Below, in pieces: positions 18,582 through 29,078 of a stretch of 64,000 nt of DNA. Position 1 is the stretch's first letter; each line of letters begins with the position of its first letter. The position numbers and the translations under genes are program-made. The DNA is from Acidimicrobiaceae bacterium. Its GTDB lineage: Bacteria > Actinomycetota > Acidimicrobiia > Acidimicrobiales > RAAP-2. Location of the stretch: positions 1,471 through 65,470 of the forward strand of contig CANFJV010000001.1 of NCBI GenBank assembly GCA_947447225.1, read 5' to 3'. The notes beneath the pieces were generated by a model, which saw only the letters and a program-made list of their open reading frames with translations, searched no databases and was not told the DNA's origin.

Positions 18582-20282
18582 CTACTTCGTGACAACTGGG
18601 TCGGTCCCAGCTGCGAACTGCACTCGTAATTCTCGCTTCAGTACTTTCCCACTTGCATTGAGTGGCAAGGCGTCAATAAACACAAGGTAGCGGGGCACCT
18701 TGTAGTTCGCCAGATTGGTTGCGGCATAGGCAAGTAACTCTTTGCCAAGTTCATCACAAGGCGCAGAAGCGGCCACCACATAGGCGCAGCCCACTTCACC
18801 CATTCGCTCATCAGGCACTCCAATGACGGCGACTTGAGCAATGCCCGCGTGCTGGCGTAGCTGCGCCTCAATCTCCGCTGGATAGGCATTGAACCCACCA
18901 ACGACATACATATCTTTCAGGCGGTCAGTGATGATGATGTTGCCAGCGTCGTCCATGACGGCAATATCACCGGTGTGCAAGAAGCCTTGGTCGTCAATGG
19001 TCTCTTTGGTTGCGGCTTCATTGGCAAAGTACTCCAGCAACACGTTGTAACCACGGAGCACGACTTCTCCCGCTTCGCCACGTGGGACTTCGATGTTGTC
19101 CTTGTCAACAATGCGCACCTCGACGTTCGGAATTGCCCGACCTGAGGTCTTGGCAATCACCTCTGGGGCATCACCTTGACGACACATGGTGACGACGCCG
19201 GTTGATTCGGTGAGCCCATAGGCCGTCAACACCGTTTCGACGCCGAGATCATCTTGCAGTGTCTTCACCAGTTCAACCGGGACGAGGGCCGCTCCGGTGA
19301 CGACTAAGCGAAGTGACGCCATTGTTGTGGCAGGGTCTTCGCCCGTGAGCAGGGATTGAAACAGCGTTGGTGGCCCAGGCAGGACGGAGATTTGCTCGTC
19401 GACCAAGTACCGACTCACGAGGCCCACGTCGAACACCGCAACTGGATACATTGTTGCCCCAGCCATCAGCGATGCCAACAAGCCCGACTTATAGCCAAAG
19501 GTATGAAAGAACGGATTGACGATCAGGTAACGGTCACCGTGTCGAAGTCCAACAAGGTTCGCCCACGTGGCAAAAGTCCGCAGCGTTTGAGCGTGAGAGG
19601 TGACGACGCCCTTTGGCTTGCCAGTTGTGCCAGACGTAAAGATGATGTCAGCCATATCCGTTGGTGCAACAGCGGCGCGAGCCGCAGCCAAGTCCTCGTC
19701 GAGAACACGTGCACCACCGGCCAACACGTCATGCCAAGTGATGGCCGCAACTCCATGAGGGAGTGTCGATGCTGAGCCCTTCAGCATCACAATGGTCGAA
19801 AGTGGCCCAACGTCTTCACCAATGAGTTGCGCTGGATAATCGGCACCTAAGAACCCTTCAACTGTGCAAAGGACCTTGGCTTGAGCATTGCTGATGATGT
19901 ACGCCGCTTCGGCGCCTTTGAACCGGGTGTTCAACGTGACGACAACACCGCCAACCGACGTGACGCCAAGAGCGGCAACAATCCACTCCAGGCAGTTCGG
20001 TGCCCAAAGTGCGACACGGTCTCCTCGAGCAACACCGAGGGCCAAAAAGCCCCGAGCAGCCTCGGCCACCGCTTCGCCGAGTTCAGCAAAGGTGAGGCGT
20101 GCCGTGTGGTCGGGATCGTCAAGACCGTCGACGACGGCAATGTCGTTTCCATATTCACGAACGGCGTAGTCAACAAGTCCCGGCAAGGTGACGAACCTCA
20201 AATCACCTCGTGGGTCTTCGTCGCTTCCAAAGGGGAATCGTGCTCCCCCGGCGGCGTCGAGATCTTGGCCAACGATGCTCAT
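18582..20282 (-). CDS. AMP-dependent acyl-CoA synthetase/ligase
   Basis: AMP-binding motif IIFTSGTTGKPKGV, and YGLTE. Confidence 0.85.
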   Translation of the reverse strand: MSIVGQDLDAAGGARFPFGSDEDPRGDLRFVTLPGLVDYAVREYGNDIAVVDGLDDPDHTARLTFAELGEAVAEAARGFLALGVARGDRVALWAPNCLEWIVAALGVTSVGGVVVTLNTRFKGAEAAYIISNAQAKVLCTVEGFLGADYPAQLIGEDVGPLSTIVMLKGSASTLPHGVAAITWHDVLAGGARVLDEDLAAARAAVAPTDMADIIFTSGTTGKPKGVVTSHAQTLRTFATWANLVGLRHGDRYLIVNPFFHTFGYKSGLLASLMAGATMYPVAVFDVGLVSRYLVDEQISVLPGPPTLFQSLLTGEDPATTMASLRLVVTGAALVPVELVKTLQDDLGVETVLTAYGLTESTGVVTMCRQGDAPEVIAKTSGRAIPNVEVRIVDKDNIEVPRGEAGEVVLRGYNVLLEYFANEAATKETIDDQGFLHTGDIAVMDDAGNIIITDRLKDMYVVGGFNAYPAEIEAQLRQHAGIAQVAVIGVPDERMGEVGCAYVVAASAPCDELGKELLAYAATNLANYKVPRYLVFIDALPLNASGKVLKRELRVQFAAGTDPVVTK

Positions 20283-21082
20283 GGGTGCTGGCTCGAGGTC
20301 GAAATAACTTCGCCCGACAAATACGACGAGTAGTTCGATGCCAAGAAGATGATGACGTTCGCAACTTCCCAGGTTTCAGCACCTCGGCCGAAGAGCTCGC
20401 GGCTGCGAAGCAGATCAAGGCTCTCTTGGTCAATCACTTTGTTCAAAAACGCATGTTCGGCAAGTGACGGCGACACGGCGTTCACACGCACATTGTGCTG
20501 GGCTGCTTCAGCCGCTGCACATCGAGTGAGGGCCATCACACCGGCTTTGGCCGCGGCATAGTGCGCTTGGCCAGGTTGCGCACGCCATCCAAGCACTGAA
20601 GCGTTGTTCACAATTGCACCCGACTTCTGCGCATACATGTGCGTGAGCGCTGCTCTTGTGCAGCGAAACGTGCCGTTGAGCGTCACGTCGAGCACCTTCA
20701 ACCATTGCTCATCAGTCATGTCGACGAGATCAACCGTGCCACCAAGGCCAGCATTATTCACCGCCACATCAATGCGCCCGTAGGCCTTTTTTGTTTCGGC
20801 ATAGAGATTCTGGACTTCTTCTTCATTGGTCACATCGCAGGCAATGCCAAGTACCGACGTGGAAAATTGCGCACTCAGTTGTTCTGCAGTTTCGGCCGTG
20901 CGGCGTGGGTGTGCATCAGATACGACAACAATCGCACCTTCTTCCAAACACCGACGTGCGGTTGTTTGACCTATGCCGGTGCCAGCTGCGGCCGTGACAA
21001 CGACCACTTTGTCGGCCAAGAGACCGTGGCCACCAGTTTCTGGCGGTACCGGTGTTGCTTTTGGGCGTTCAGTGAGACTCAC
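20279..21082 (-). CDS. short-chain dehydrogenase/reductase (SDR)
   Basis: VTAAAGTGIGQ cofactor motif and YAAAKAG (YxxxK). ATGA overlap with the downstream ligase gene. Confidence 0.85.
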   Translation of the reverse strand: MSLTERPKATPVPPETGGHGLLADKVVVVTAAAGTGIGQTTARRCLEEGAIVVVSDAHPRRTAETAEQLSAQFSTSVLGIACDVTNEEEVQNLYAETKKAYGRIDVAVNNAGLGGTVDLVDMTDEQWLKVLDVTLNGTFRCTRAALTHMYAQKSGAIVNNASVLGWRAQPGQAHYAAAKAGVMALTRCAAAEAAQHNVRVNAVSPSLAEHAFLNKVIDQESLDLLRSRELFGRGAETWEVANVIIFLASNYSSYLSGEVISTSSQHP

Positions 21083-21097
21083 GAGGTGCTCTTTCGC

Positions 21098-22285
21098 TTA
21101 GGGCTGTTGTGGTTTAGGTTCGGCCGGCAGCCCGAGAACTCGCTCGCCGACAATATTGCGTTGAATCTGGTTTGACCCACCGTAGATGGTCTCTGAACGG
21201 GAGAACAAGAACGTGCGGTGAAAGTCTCCAAGGTCGTAGTCCTCACCAACAATGGTGGCACCTGGTCCTTCAATATCCATCATGAGTTCACCCAGGTTTC
21301 GGTGCCAGGTGGCCCAGAACAACTTGGCAATTGACGCCTCTGGTGGAGCGGCAGGGCCATCAACGCCAGTTAGCGAGCGGACCGTGTTCATGCGCAGGAT
21401 CTCAAGCTCGACATAGGCCTTGGCCAGCCGCTGGCGCCAGACGGGATTGTTGGTTAGTCCACGCTCGGTTGCCCGCTCGACCACTGCGTCAAATTCGCGG
21501 CGGAAACCGAGGAGGTGGCCGAGCAGGCCAACGCCGCGTTCAAAGGCAAGGGTGGCAAGCGCCACGGTCCAACCTTGTCCCGGCGCGCCAACAACGAGGT
21601 CAGCCTTCGTGCGCGCGCCATCGAAGAACACTTCATTGAACTCAGAGGTCTTCGTGATCTGGGTGATGGGGCGAATCTCCACCCCTTCTTGACGCATTGG
21701 CACAAGGAGGTAGCTCAGGCCCTTGTGGCGGAGTGAGCCTTGCTCAGTTCGCGCCACGACAAAGCACCAGTCAGCTTGGTGGGCAAGACTCGTCCACACC
21801 TTTTGCCCAGTGATGACCCACTCATCACCGTCTAACTCGGCCTTGGTTTGCACATTGGCCAAGTCCGACCCGGCATTCGGCTCGGAATAGCCCTGACACC
21901 ACAGCTCGGTTCCGGCAACAACATTTGGCAAGAATCGCTGTTGTTGGGCTTGTGTTCCATGGTGAATGAGCGTCGGACCAAGGAGCCCTTCGCCGAGAAT
22001 CGAAACTCGTCCCGGCGCCTTAGCTCGGACGTACTCTTCGGCAAAGATGACCTGTTCGGTCATTGATGCCCCACGGCCACCAAATGCCGTTGGCCAACCA
22101 ATGCACGTCCAGCCTCCCGCTGCGAGTTCATACTCCCAGGCTTGACGGACCTCGAAACCAAAGGTCTCGTCACCTGAGCCACCTCGACCGCCGAGCGCGG
22201 CGAACTCGCCCACGTTGTGTTCGGCCATCCAGGTCGCCACTTCTTCACGGAATGCTGCTTGGGATGCTGAGTCAGTCGAGACCAT
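21098..22285 (-). CDS. acyl-CoA dehydrogenase
   Basis: Family-typical length and C-terminus IYGGSNQIQRNIVGERVLGLP. Confidence 0.85.
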   Translation of the reverse strand: MVSTDSASQAAFREEVATWMAEHNVGEFAALGGRGGSGDETFGFEVRQAWEYELAAGGWTCIGWPTAFGGRGASMTEQVIFAEEYVRAKAPGRVSILGEGLLGPTLIHHGTQAQQQRFLPNVVAGTELWCQGYSEPNAGSDLANVQTKAELDGDEWVITGQKVWTSLAHQADWCFVVARTEQGSLRHKGLSYLLVPMRQEGVEIRPITQITKTSEFNEVFFDGARTKADLVVGAPGQGWTVALATLAFERGVGLLGHLLGFRREFDAVVERATERGLTNNPVWRQRLAKAYVELEILRMNTVRSLTGVDGPAAPPEASIAKLFWATWHRNLGELMMDIEGPGATIVGEDYDLGDFHRTFLFSRSETIYGGSNQIQRNIVGERVLGLPAEPKPQQP

Positions 22286-22334
22286 AGACCGGTAGCGTAC
22301 CGACTAATCAGTCGTTTTAGCCAAGTGAGGATTC

Positions 22335-22760
22335 ATGGAGTCAAACCAACCCCTCGAGCGAACCGAACAAGAGTGGCGCGAAGTGCTCTCGCCAGAGCGC
22401 TATGCCATTCTCCGACAAGCTGGAACGGAAGCTCCTTGGTCGGGAAGTTTGCTCGACATGAAGGCAGACGGCACCTACATCTGCGGCGGTTGCGGCACGG
22501 CACTTTTTGAAAGCTCCGGCAAGTTCGATTCGGGCTGTGGCTGGCCGAGCTTTGATCGCGCCATTGGCGGAGATCCCATTACCTACCGCGAAGACCGCAG
22601 CCTCGGTCGGGTACGCACAGAGATTTTGTGCACCGCGTGTGGCGGCCACTTGGGCCACGTCTTCAACGACGGTCCGACCGAGACTGGGCTTCGCTACTGC
22701 GTGAACTCGCTCTCGATTGATTTCGAATCGGCTGAGGCCGACACGTCAGCCGAGGCCTAG
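22335..22760 (+). CDS. msrB: peptide-methionine (R)-S-oxide reductase
   Basis: Two CxxC pairs (CGGCG, CTACGG), GCGWPSF and RYCVNS. Confidence 0.95.
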   Translation: MESNQPLERTEQEWREVLSPERYAILRQAGTEAPWSGSLLDMKADGTYICGGCGTALFESSGKFDSGCGWPSFDRAIGGDPITYREDRSLGRVRTEILCTACGGHLGHVFNDGPTETGLRYCVNSLSIDFESAEADTSAEA

Positions 22761-23158
22761 AACGGATTGACGTCGCCGAGGCCGAAAGAAGCGTCCTCAC
22801 TCCGACTAAGGCGCGCGACTTCAGCAGTGGCGTAGCGAAGTGACGGACCCAAGTCTTGGGCCACGATCTCCACTTTGGTGCGCTTGGCCCCATCGTCATC
22901 GGCCCATTGGCGCATGCTGAGACGACCCGTCACGACAACTCGCATGCCCTTCGTGCACGTCAGTGCAACGTTTTCGGCCAACTCCTTAAAACACACGACA
23001 TCGAAGTACGACGTTTCTTCTTCCCAGGCGTCAGTGGCCTGGTTCTTCCAGCGACGGTTCACTGCAACGCCAAGGGTGGTGGTTGCGAGGCCAGTCGTTG
23101 AGTAACGGATCTCCGGCTCTCGAGTGAGGTTGCCTTCAATGGTGGTGGTCGTTGCCAT
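22757..23158 (-). CDS. ssb: single-stranded DNA-binding protein, short form (133 aa)
   Basis: OB-fold sequence IEGNLTREPEIRY...GPSLRYATA and acidic tail ending GDVNPF. ATG 23158 was chosen. Confidence 0.85.
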   Translation of the reverse strand: MATTTTIEGNLTREPEIRYSTTGLATTTLGVAVNRRWKNQATDAWEEETSYFDVVCFKELAENVALTCTKGMRVVVTGRLSMRQWADDDGAKRTKVEIVAQDLGPSLRYATAEVARLSRSEDASFGLGDVNPF

Positions 23159-23227
23159 AGTGCTCCTTTGTTGTCGGAGTACCACCATGCGCAATCTCGC
23201 GGCACGCAAGTTTGCTGCGTTGCTTGC

Positions 23228-24112
23228 TTACACGTCCAAGAAGCGGCGGATCGCAATGGCTGAGCCAATCGAGCCAATCACCATGCCTAAAAAGATGACA
23301 ATGAGTTCACACCAGATGAGTTGCCACGTGCTGAGCAGCATTTGGCTTCCTAAGGTGTCAGGAGCCCATGAGGCGGCTCGAGAATGCCAGAACCACTCAC
23401 CGGTCCACAGAAGGCCCCCAGCCATGAGCGAGCCAATGAGGCCTTGGATCAGGCCTTCAAAGATGAACGGGATCCGGATGAACCAGTTGGTCGCACCCAC
23501 AAGCTTCATGACCGCCACTTCACGCTTTCGAGCGAAAATCGCCATACGGATGGTGTTCAAAATCAGCACTGCTGAAGAAACAAGGAGCACACTGGCAATG
23601 ATGAGAACTGACCACTGCGCAATGGCAATCGTGCGCTGTTGATTTTTCAGTGCTTGTGTTGGCGCCGTCACGTATTGCACACCGGGCTGGCCAGTGAACT
23701 TTTGAATCACAAGGCGCGCATCTTGCGGCTGATTCGGCACGCAACGAAGTGACGAAGGTATGAGTTCGGGTTTGAGCACTGACAACTCGGTTGGAGTCAA
23801 CAGATGTTTCGCCTCTTCGTAGTCCTGCAACTGGGTTTGGTAATAGCAGTCATGGACATAGGGGTAGGCGTTCAGTTGCGAGCGAATAGCGTCAATTTCC
23901 TGTGTGGTGGCATTGGGTGCCATCCACACCGTCACGAGCGTTCCTTGTTGCCACTTGATCTCAGCGTTTGATGCCCCTTGGCCGAGAATCAAACTTCCAC
24001 CCACGAGGAACAGCGACACCATGACCGTGAAGATGGCGGCAACAGTGGTCACTCGGTTGCGCCAAAGGTTCGTGGTGGTCTCTTTCACCACATATTGCGA
24101 GAACGAGGCCAC
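23228..24112 (-). CDS. ftsX: cell-division ABC permease-like protein FtsX
   Basis: Four-TM topology with a large first extracytoplasmic loop. It lies directly after ftsE with a 1-nt overlap. Confidence 0.9.
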   Translation of the reverse strand: MASFSQYVVKETTTNLWRNRVTTVAAIFTVMVSLFLVGGSLILGQGASNAEIKWQQGTLVTVWMAPNATTQEIDAIRSQLNAYPYVHDCYYQTQLQDYEEAKHLLTPTELSVLKPELIPSSLRCVPNQPQDARLVIQKFTGQPGVQYVTAPTQALKNQQRTIAIAQWSVLIIASVLLVSSAVLILNTIRMAIFARKREVAVMKLVGATNWFIRIPFIFEGLIQGLIGSLMAGGLLWTGEWFWHSRAASWAPDTLGSQMLLSTWQLIWCELIVIFLGMVIGSIGSAIAIRRFLDV

Positions 24113-24816
24113 TAGCGAGGTGCTCCTGCGTCGGCTTCGATGCCGTAGACACCGCGCTGCTGGTCACGGATGAGATGTCCGCGGTCAAGTTCAATCACGC
24201 GCAGACGCATCCGGTCGACGAGCGCTTTGTCGTGCGTTGCCATCACGACCGTTGTGCCGGTCTTATTGATGCGATCAAGCAAACTCATAATGCCTTCAGA
24301 AATCTTCGGGTCCAAGTTTCCAGTTGGTTCGTCGGCAAGGAGAATAAGTGGCCGGTTCACAAAGGCTCGGGCAATAGCCACGCGTTGTTGTTCGCCACCG
24401 GAGAGCTCGGTTGGCAGGTTGTCGCGCTTGTGCGAGAGGCCAACGAGGTCGAGGACTTGCGGGACTTGGGACTCAATGACGGACTTCGGACGGCCAATGA
24501 CCTCTAAGGCAAACGCAACATTCTCAAACACGGTCTTGTTCTGCAACAACCGAAAGTCTTGAAAGACACAGCCAAGGTTGCGCCGCAAGTAGGGAACGCG
24601 CCACTTTGGCAGATTGACAATGTCGCGACCCGCTTCCCAGATGGTGCCACGGTCAGGCAGCTCTTCTCTCAGTAGCAACCGCAAAAAGGTGGTTTTGCCA
24701 GAGCCTGAGGAGCCAACGAGAAAGACGAATTCACCCTTTTCAATTTCAAGTGAGACGTCATCAAGGGCAATGGTGCCGTTTTTGTAGGTCTTCGTAACGT
24801 GGTCAAGTTTGATCAT
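24112..24816 (-). CDS. ftsE: cell-division ATP-binding protein FtsE
   Basis: Walker [10 protein letters not shown] and ABC signature [14 protein letters not shown]. Confidence 0.95.
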   Translation of the reverse strand: MIKLDHVTKTYKNGTIALDDVSLEIEKGEFVFLVGSSGSGKTTFLRLLLREELPDRGTIWEAGRDIVNLPKWRVPYLRRNLGCVFQDFRLLQNKTVFENVAFALEVIGRPKSVIESQVPQVLDLVGLSHKRDNLPTELSGGEQQRVAIARAFVNRPLILLADEPTGNLDPKISEGIMSLLDRINKTGTTVVMATHDKALVDRMRLRVIELDRGHLIRDQQRGVYGIEADAGAPR

Positions 24817-24892
24817 TCAACTTCTCCCCTTCCTCGTCGCGAATCGAGCCTCTGCCACCCTACCGGTGAGGTGCAGCAAAACCTTGGAGGCC

Positions 24893-26041
24893 TCACGACT
24901 CACCGAGACGTTGCCGTCGAAGCTCCGCCTCCATAAAGGCATCGAGGTCGCCGTCAAGCACCGCATCAACATTGCCCGTTTCTTCACCTGAGCGAAGATC
25001 TTTCACGAGTTGATACGGCGCCATAACATACGAGCGAATTTGGTTGCCCCAGGCATTCTCGGTCCGCTTTCCCGCCAACGCATCAAGTTCAGCTTGGCGT
25101 TCAGCACGCTGCAATTCGGCCAATTTGTTGGCCAGAATCTGCATGGCGCGAGCCTTGTTTTGGTGCTGGCTCCGCTCATTTTGGCAACTGACCACGACGC
25201 CCGATGGCAAGTGGGTCAAGCGAACCGCAGAGTCCGTTTTATTGATGTGCTGACCACCGGCACCCGAAGCGCGATAGGTATCAATTCGAAGGTCCTTCTC
25301 ATCAATTTCGATTTCACTGACGTCTTCCAAAAATGGGGTGACGTCAATGGAGGCAAACGAGGTTTGTCGTCGGTGTTGAGAGTCAAATGGACTCATCCGC
25401 ACGAGGCGGTGCACGCCGCGCTCTGCAGCCATCAGGCCATAGGCAAATCGGCCCTTGACAATGAACGTTGCCGAGAGCAACCCGGCTTCGCCGCCTTCTG
25501 TTGCTTCATCAAGTTCAACGGAGAACCCTCGTCGCTCGGCCCATCGTTGATACATCCGAAGCAGCATCTCGGCCCAGTCTTGAGCGTCAGTTCCACCAGC
25601 GCCGGCATGGACTTCACAAATCGCGTCATACTCGTCGTATTGGCCAGCAAACAAGCTCCGAAGTTCAAGGCTCGACAGTTGTCGTTCAAGGTCAGCAACC
25701 GACGAATTGAATTCCGCCTCAAGTGACGCGTCTGCTTCGCCAGATGCCTCTGCTTCGGCAATGAGTTCCCGAAGCACTTGTGCGTCTTCCAATGCGGCGC
25801 CAAGGGTATTGAAGTCTTGGAGGTCGGAATTCACCCGACCGAGTTCGGTCGTAATTGCTCGAGCAGCATCAGCGTCATTCCATAAATCAGGATTGGCGGC
25901 CAACGCATCAAGTTCGGCTTTGCGCGACTGTTGTTCAGCGACCTTTAAATACTGCTTGGCTTCGGCAAGTCGACCAATGAGCTCCAAGAGCACGGCTCCT
26001 GAGTCACGGACGACTGCCTGGCTATCGACCGGCTGCGCCAT
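24893..26041 (-). CDS. prfB: peptide chain release factor 2 (single uninterrupted frame)
   Basis: SPF motif in RMSPFDS and GGQ motif in SGAGGQHINKTDSAVRLTH. ATG 26041 overlaps the secA 3' end by 20 nt, so the start is uncertain. Confidence 0.9.
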   Translation of the reverse strand: MAQPVDSQAVVRDSGAVLLELIGRLAEAKQYLKVAEQQSRKAELDALAANPDLWNDADAARAITTELGRVNSDLQDFNTLGAALEDAQVLRELIAEAEASGEADASLEAEFNSSVADLERQLSSLELRSLFAGQYDEYDAICEVHAGAGGTDAQDWAEMLLRMYQRWAERRGFSVELDEATEGGEAGLLSATFIVKGRFAYGLMAAERGVHRLVRMSPFDSQHRRQTSFASIDVTPFLEDVSEIEIDEKDLRIDTYRASGAGGQHINKTDSAVRLTHLPSGVVVSCQNERSQHQNKARAMQILANKLAELQRAERQAELDALAGKRTENAWGNQIRSYVMAPYQLVKDLRSGEETGNVDAVLDGDLDAFMEAELRRQRLGES

Positions 26042-28766
26042 GGCAGAACTTGAACTTTCGACCGCTACCGCAGAAGCATGGCTCATTGCGACCAAGCTTT
26101 TCTTCCGGGGCTTTGACAATGGGCTGGATCACGGCGTCGAAATCCGCTGGATTAAACGGTGCTTGTGGCTTTTCCGTCGCGTCAATCATCTGGCCGCCAT
26201 CAGGAGCAAGCTGCGCAAGCATCGAGCTGTCAGAAACCGGGTCGTCGGCTGCGACATAGACCGCTCGGTTGAGGTCAACTTCTGCGGCATCATCAGGGGC
26301 TGCCTCGACGTGCAGCACGTAGCGCAGATAGTCGTCTTCAATGGCTTCAATCATGGTGCCAAACATCGAGAAACCTTCTCGCTGCCAGGCAACAAGAGGG
26401 TCTTGTTGGGCGACGGCACGAAGATTGATGCCTTCACGCAAGTAGTCCATTTCGGCCAAGTGTTCTTGCCATCGTTGGTCGATGATCTGCAACATGATGT
26501 CGCGCTCAATCATGCGAGCCGTCTCAACGCCACCGGGCAACTCTTCCGCGTGACGCTCGTAGTAATCAAGCGCTTCTTCGACCACTGAGTCAATAACTTG
26601 AGCTTGGCTTGAGGCTTGCCCCAAGTCCTCAACCGAAAAACGTGTTGGGTAGTACTGGTGGAGTTCAACAAGGAGTTGCTCCACGTCCCAGGCTTCTGGG
26701 TAATCCCCAGGACAGCACTGCTTGACCAATGCTTCCGCGGTTTCTTCCAAAAGCTCAGTCGTGCGCTCTTCTAAGTTTTCGCCATCCATGATGCGCAGGC
26801 GCCAGCCATAGATGACCTTTCGCTGCTCATTCATCACGGCGTCGTACTTGAGCACATCTTTACGAATCTCTGCGTTTCGGCCTTCAACCGTGTTTTGCGC
26901 CCGCTCAATGGCCTTGGAGACCATCTTGGCTTCAATGGGTTGGTCGTCAGGCAGGGTGCGCCCCATGACCCAACTGAGCGCACCGGTCGCGAACAGGCGC
27001 AAGAGTTCGTCTTCTAGGGACAAAAAGAAGCGGCTCTCACCGGCATCGCCTTGACGGCCCGCACGACCACGCAACTGATTGTCGATGCGACGCGACTCGT
27101 GGCGCTCGGAACCAAGCACGTAGAGACCACCCGCGTCGCGGACTTGTTCGCCTTCGAGTTCACATTGCGCAGTGGCGACGTTCAGCGCTTCGAGGTAGGC
27201 GGCTTGGCCCTCTTCGCTGGCAAGGTCAAGACCACGCGACAGCACCTCACGTTGCGCCAAGAGTTCCGCGTTTCCACCGAGCAAGATGTCCACACCACGA
27301 CCAGCCATGTTGGTGGCAACGGTGACTGCGCCGAGACGCCCGGCTTGGGCAACCACTTCAGCCTCACGGAAGTGTTGCTTTGCGTTCAAGACTTCGTGTG
27401 GAATTCCTCGTCGGGTCATCATGGCCGACAAGATTTCGGATTTCGCCACCGAGGCGGTTCCAATGAGGACGGGTTGCCCCTTCTCGCGACGCAGCAACAC
27501 ATCGTCAATGATGGCGGTGAACTTCACCTGTTCGTTCTTGTAGATCACGTCGGGCTGGTCAAGGCGCTGCGGAACGCGATGTGTCGGGATCGGCACAACG
27601 GCCAAGTTGTAGGTCGAACCGAATTCGCCGGCTTCAGTTTCTGCCGTTCCGGTCATGCCGGACAACTTGTCGTACATCTTGAAATAGTTCTGCAAGGTGA
27701 CGGTTGCCCAGGTGTGGTTCTCGTCGTTGACCTTGACGCGTTCTTTCGCTTCGACGGCTTGGTGGAGCCCATCAGACCAACGGCGACCTTCCAAGGTGCG
27801 GCCGGTGTTCTCGTCGATGATGTGCACCTCGCCACCACGCACGAGGTAGTCCTTATCGCGGTGGTAGAGCTCTTTGGCTCGAAGTGCTTGGGTTAATTGG
27901 TGCACGTAATTGGTTGAGACCGCTTCGTACATGTTCTCAACGCCAAGGGCGCGTTCGACTTTGCCAATGCCTTCATCGGTCGGTACGACCGTCTTTTTCT
28001 CTTCGTCGACTTCGTAATCAACCTCGGCGGTGAGGGTGCGAGCAATGGAAGCGAACTGGCCGTAGAGCTTGGCGGTTTCTGACGCTGGACCAGAAATGAT
28101 GAGTGGCGTTCTTGCTTCGTCAATCAGAATCGAGTCAACTTCGTCAATGATGGCGAAGTGGTGGCCACGCTGGACCATCGAGTCTCTTGAACGAGCCATG
28201 TTGTCCCGCAAATAGTCAAAACCAAGTTCAGTATTGGTCCCATAGGTGATGTCGCAGGCATAGGCCTGACGCTTCAACTCTGCATCAGTGATGTCTGGTC
28301 CAACCCGCCCAACCGAGAGCCCCAAGAACTGGTGCAATCGGCCCATCCACTGGCTGTCACGAGTGGCCAAATAATCGTTCACGGTGACGACGTGGACGCC
28401 TTTTCCGGCCAATGCGTTCAAGTACACCGGCAAGGTCGACACCAAAGTCTTGCCTTCACCGGTCTTCATTTCGGCAATCCAGCCAAAGTGGAGGGCCATG
28501 CCACCCATGAGCTGTACGTCGAAGTGCCGCTGACCAAGAACGCGCTTTGCTCCTTCTCGAACGACGGCGTAGGCCTCAACGAGAAGGTCGTCCAAGGTTT
28601 CGCCTTCGTCAAGGCGGGCACGGAACTCCACCGACTTGGCGGCGAGTTCGGTGTCGCTGAGTGCCACCATCTCGTCTTCAAGATCGTTGATGAGCGGGAC
28701 AATCTCCGCAAGGCGGCGAACCTTCTTGCCTTCACCGGCGCGCAGGACTTTTGAAAGGATGCTCAT
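26022..28766 (-). CDS. secA: preprotein translocase ATPase SecA
   Basis: MSILSKVLRAGEGKK N-terminus, DEVDSILIDEARTPLIISG, and C-terminal zinc motif CFCGSGRKFKFCHG. Confidence 0.97.
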   Translation of the reverse strand: MSILSKVLRAGEGKKVRRLAEIVPLINDLEDEMVALSDTELAAKSVEFRARLDEGETLDDLLVEAYAVVREGAKRVLGQRHFDVQLMGGMALHFGWIAEMKTGEGKTLVSTLPVYLNALAGKGVHVVTVNDYLATRDSQWMGRLHQFLGLSVGRVGPDITDAELKRQAYACDITYGTNTELGFDYLRDNMARSRDSMVQRGHHFAIIDEVDSILIDEARTPLIISGPASETAKLYGQFASIARTLTAEVDYEVDEEKKTVVPTDEGIGKVERALGVENMYEAVSTNYVHQLTQALRAKELYHRDKDYLVRGGEVHIIDENTGRTLEGRRWSDGLHQAVEAKERVKVNDENHTWATVTLQNYFKMYDKLSGMTGTAETEAGEFGSTYNLAVVPIPTHRVPQRLDQPDVIYKNEQVKFTAIIDDVLLRREKGQPVLIGTASVAKSEILSAMMTRRGIPHEVLNAKQHFREAEVVAQAGRLGAVTVATNMAGRGVDILLGGNAELLAQREVLSRGLDLASEEGQAAYLEALNVATAQCELEGEQVRDAGGLYVLGSERHESRRIDNQLRGRAGRQGDAGESRFFLSLEDELLRLFATGALSWVMGRTLPDDQPIEAKMVSKAIERAQNTVEGRNAEIRKDVLKYDAVMNEQRKVIYGWRLRIMDGENLEERTTELLEETAEALVKQCCPGDYPEAWDVEQLLVELHQYYPTRFSVEDLGQASSQAQVIDSVVEEALDYYERHAEELPGGVETARMIERDIMLQIIDQRWQEHLAEMDYLREGINLRAVAQQDPLVAWQREGFSMFGTMIEAIEDDYLRYVLHVEAAPDDAAEVDLNRAVYVAADDPVSDSSMLAQLAPDGGQMIDATEKPQAPFNPADFDAVIQPIVKAPEEKLGRNEPCFCGSGRKFKFCHGAAGR

Positions 28767-28930
28767 GGTGCCACAAGCCTACCGGCTGGCTTCTCGTCAA
28801 GGGTTCCAGCACCAGTGAAATGGTTGTGTGCGGCTGACCTGGTCTTTGACCCCACACTCGCCTGCAGCAGGGCTTCCTCAGCGATTCTCGTGACACAAGT
28901 GCCACGCGACCCGCCTCAGTCCTCCCGTCT

Positions 28931-28960
28931 CGATCTCGCCTCGGTCGAGGTCTGAGATCG
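28931..28960. terminator. interrupted hairpin (7-bp outer and 5-bp inner stem) in the gap between the MFS gene and secA
   Basis: cgatctc-g-cctcg-gt-cgagg-tct-gagatcg. No T-tract, so the function is uncertain. Confidence 0.3.
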
Positions 28961-29078
28961 GCAGGGCTTACTTCTAAACCGCTCCATGCTCAGCGACCAC
29001 AAGTCGCCTTACGTGGGTCGTTTTGCCTGCGACTGGCATCGACTTGCAACCACAGACCCGCACACAACCACCTTTAGC

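Noticed and set aside
22286-23227. tmRNA or smpB expected after ftsX
   Set aside because: No SmpB-like ORF is present. By eye I found no tRNA-like 3' end (GGTTCGAnTCC-type T-arm) or tag-peptide frame in the short gaps. An ssb gene occupies the position instead.
24893-26119. Programmed +1 frameshift in prfB
   Set aside because: The RF2 frame is continuous from the N-terminal region through the SPF and GGQ motifs. There is no in-frame UGA or CUU-UGA site near the 5' end.
25707-27896. Long plus-strand ORFs (25707-26588, 27051-27896) opposite prfB and secA
   Set aside because: They are antisense to genes with unmistakable motifs, and their products are low-complexity and Arg/Ser/Ala-rich. Such shadow ORFs are typical of G+C-rich DNA. 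Similar cases were rejected at 11004-11690, 17675-18232, 36017-36916, 36950-37717, 41775-42404, 50606-51538, 51321-52028, 54304-55014 and 55078-55701.
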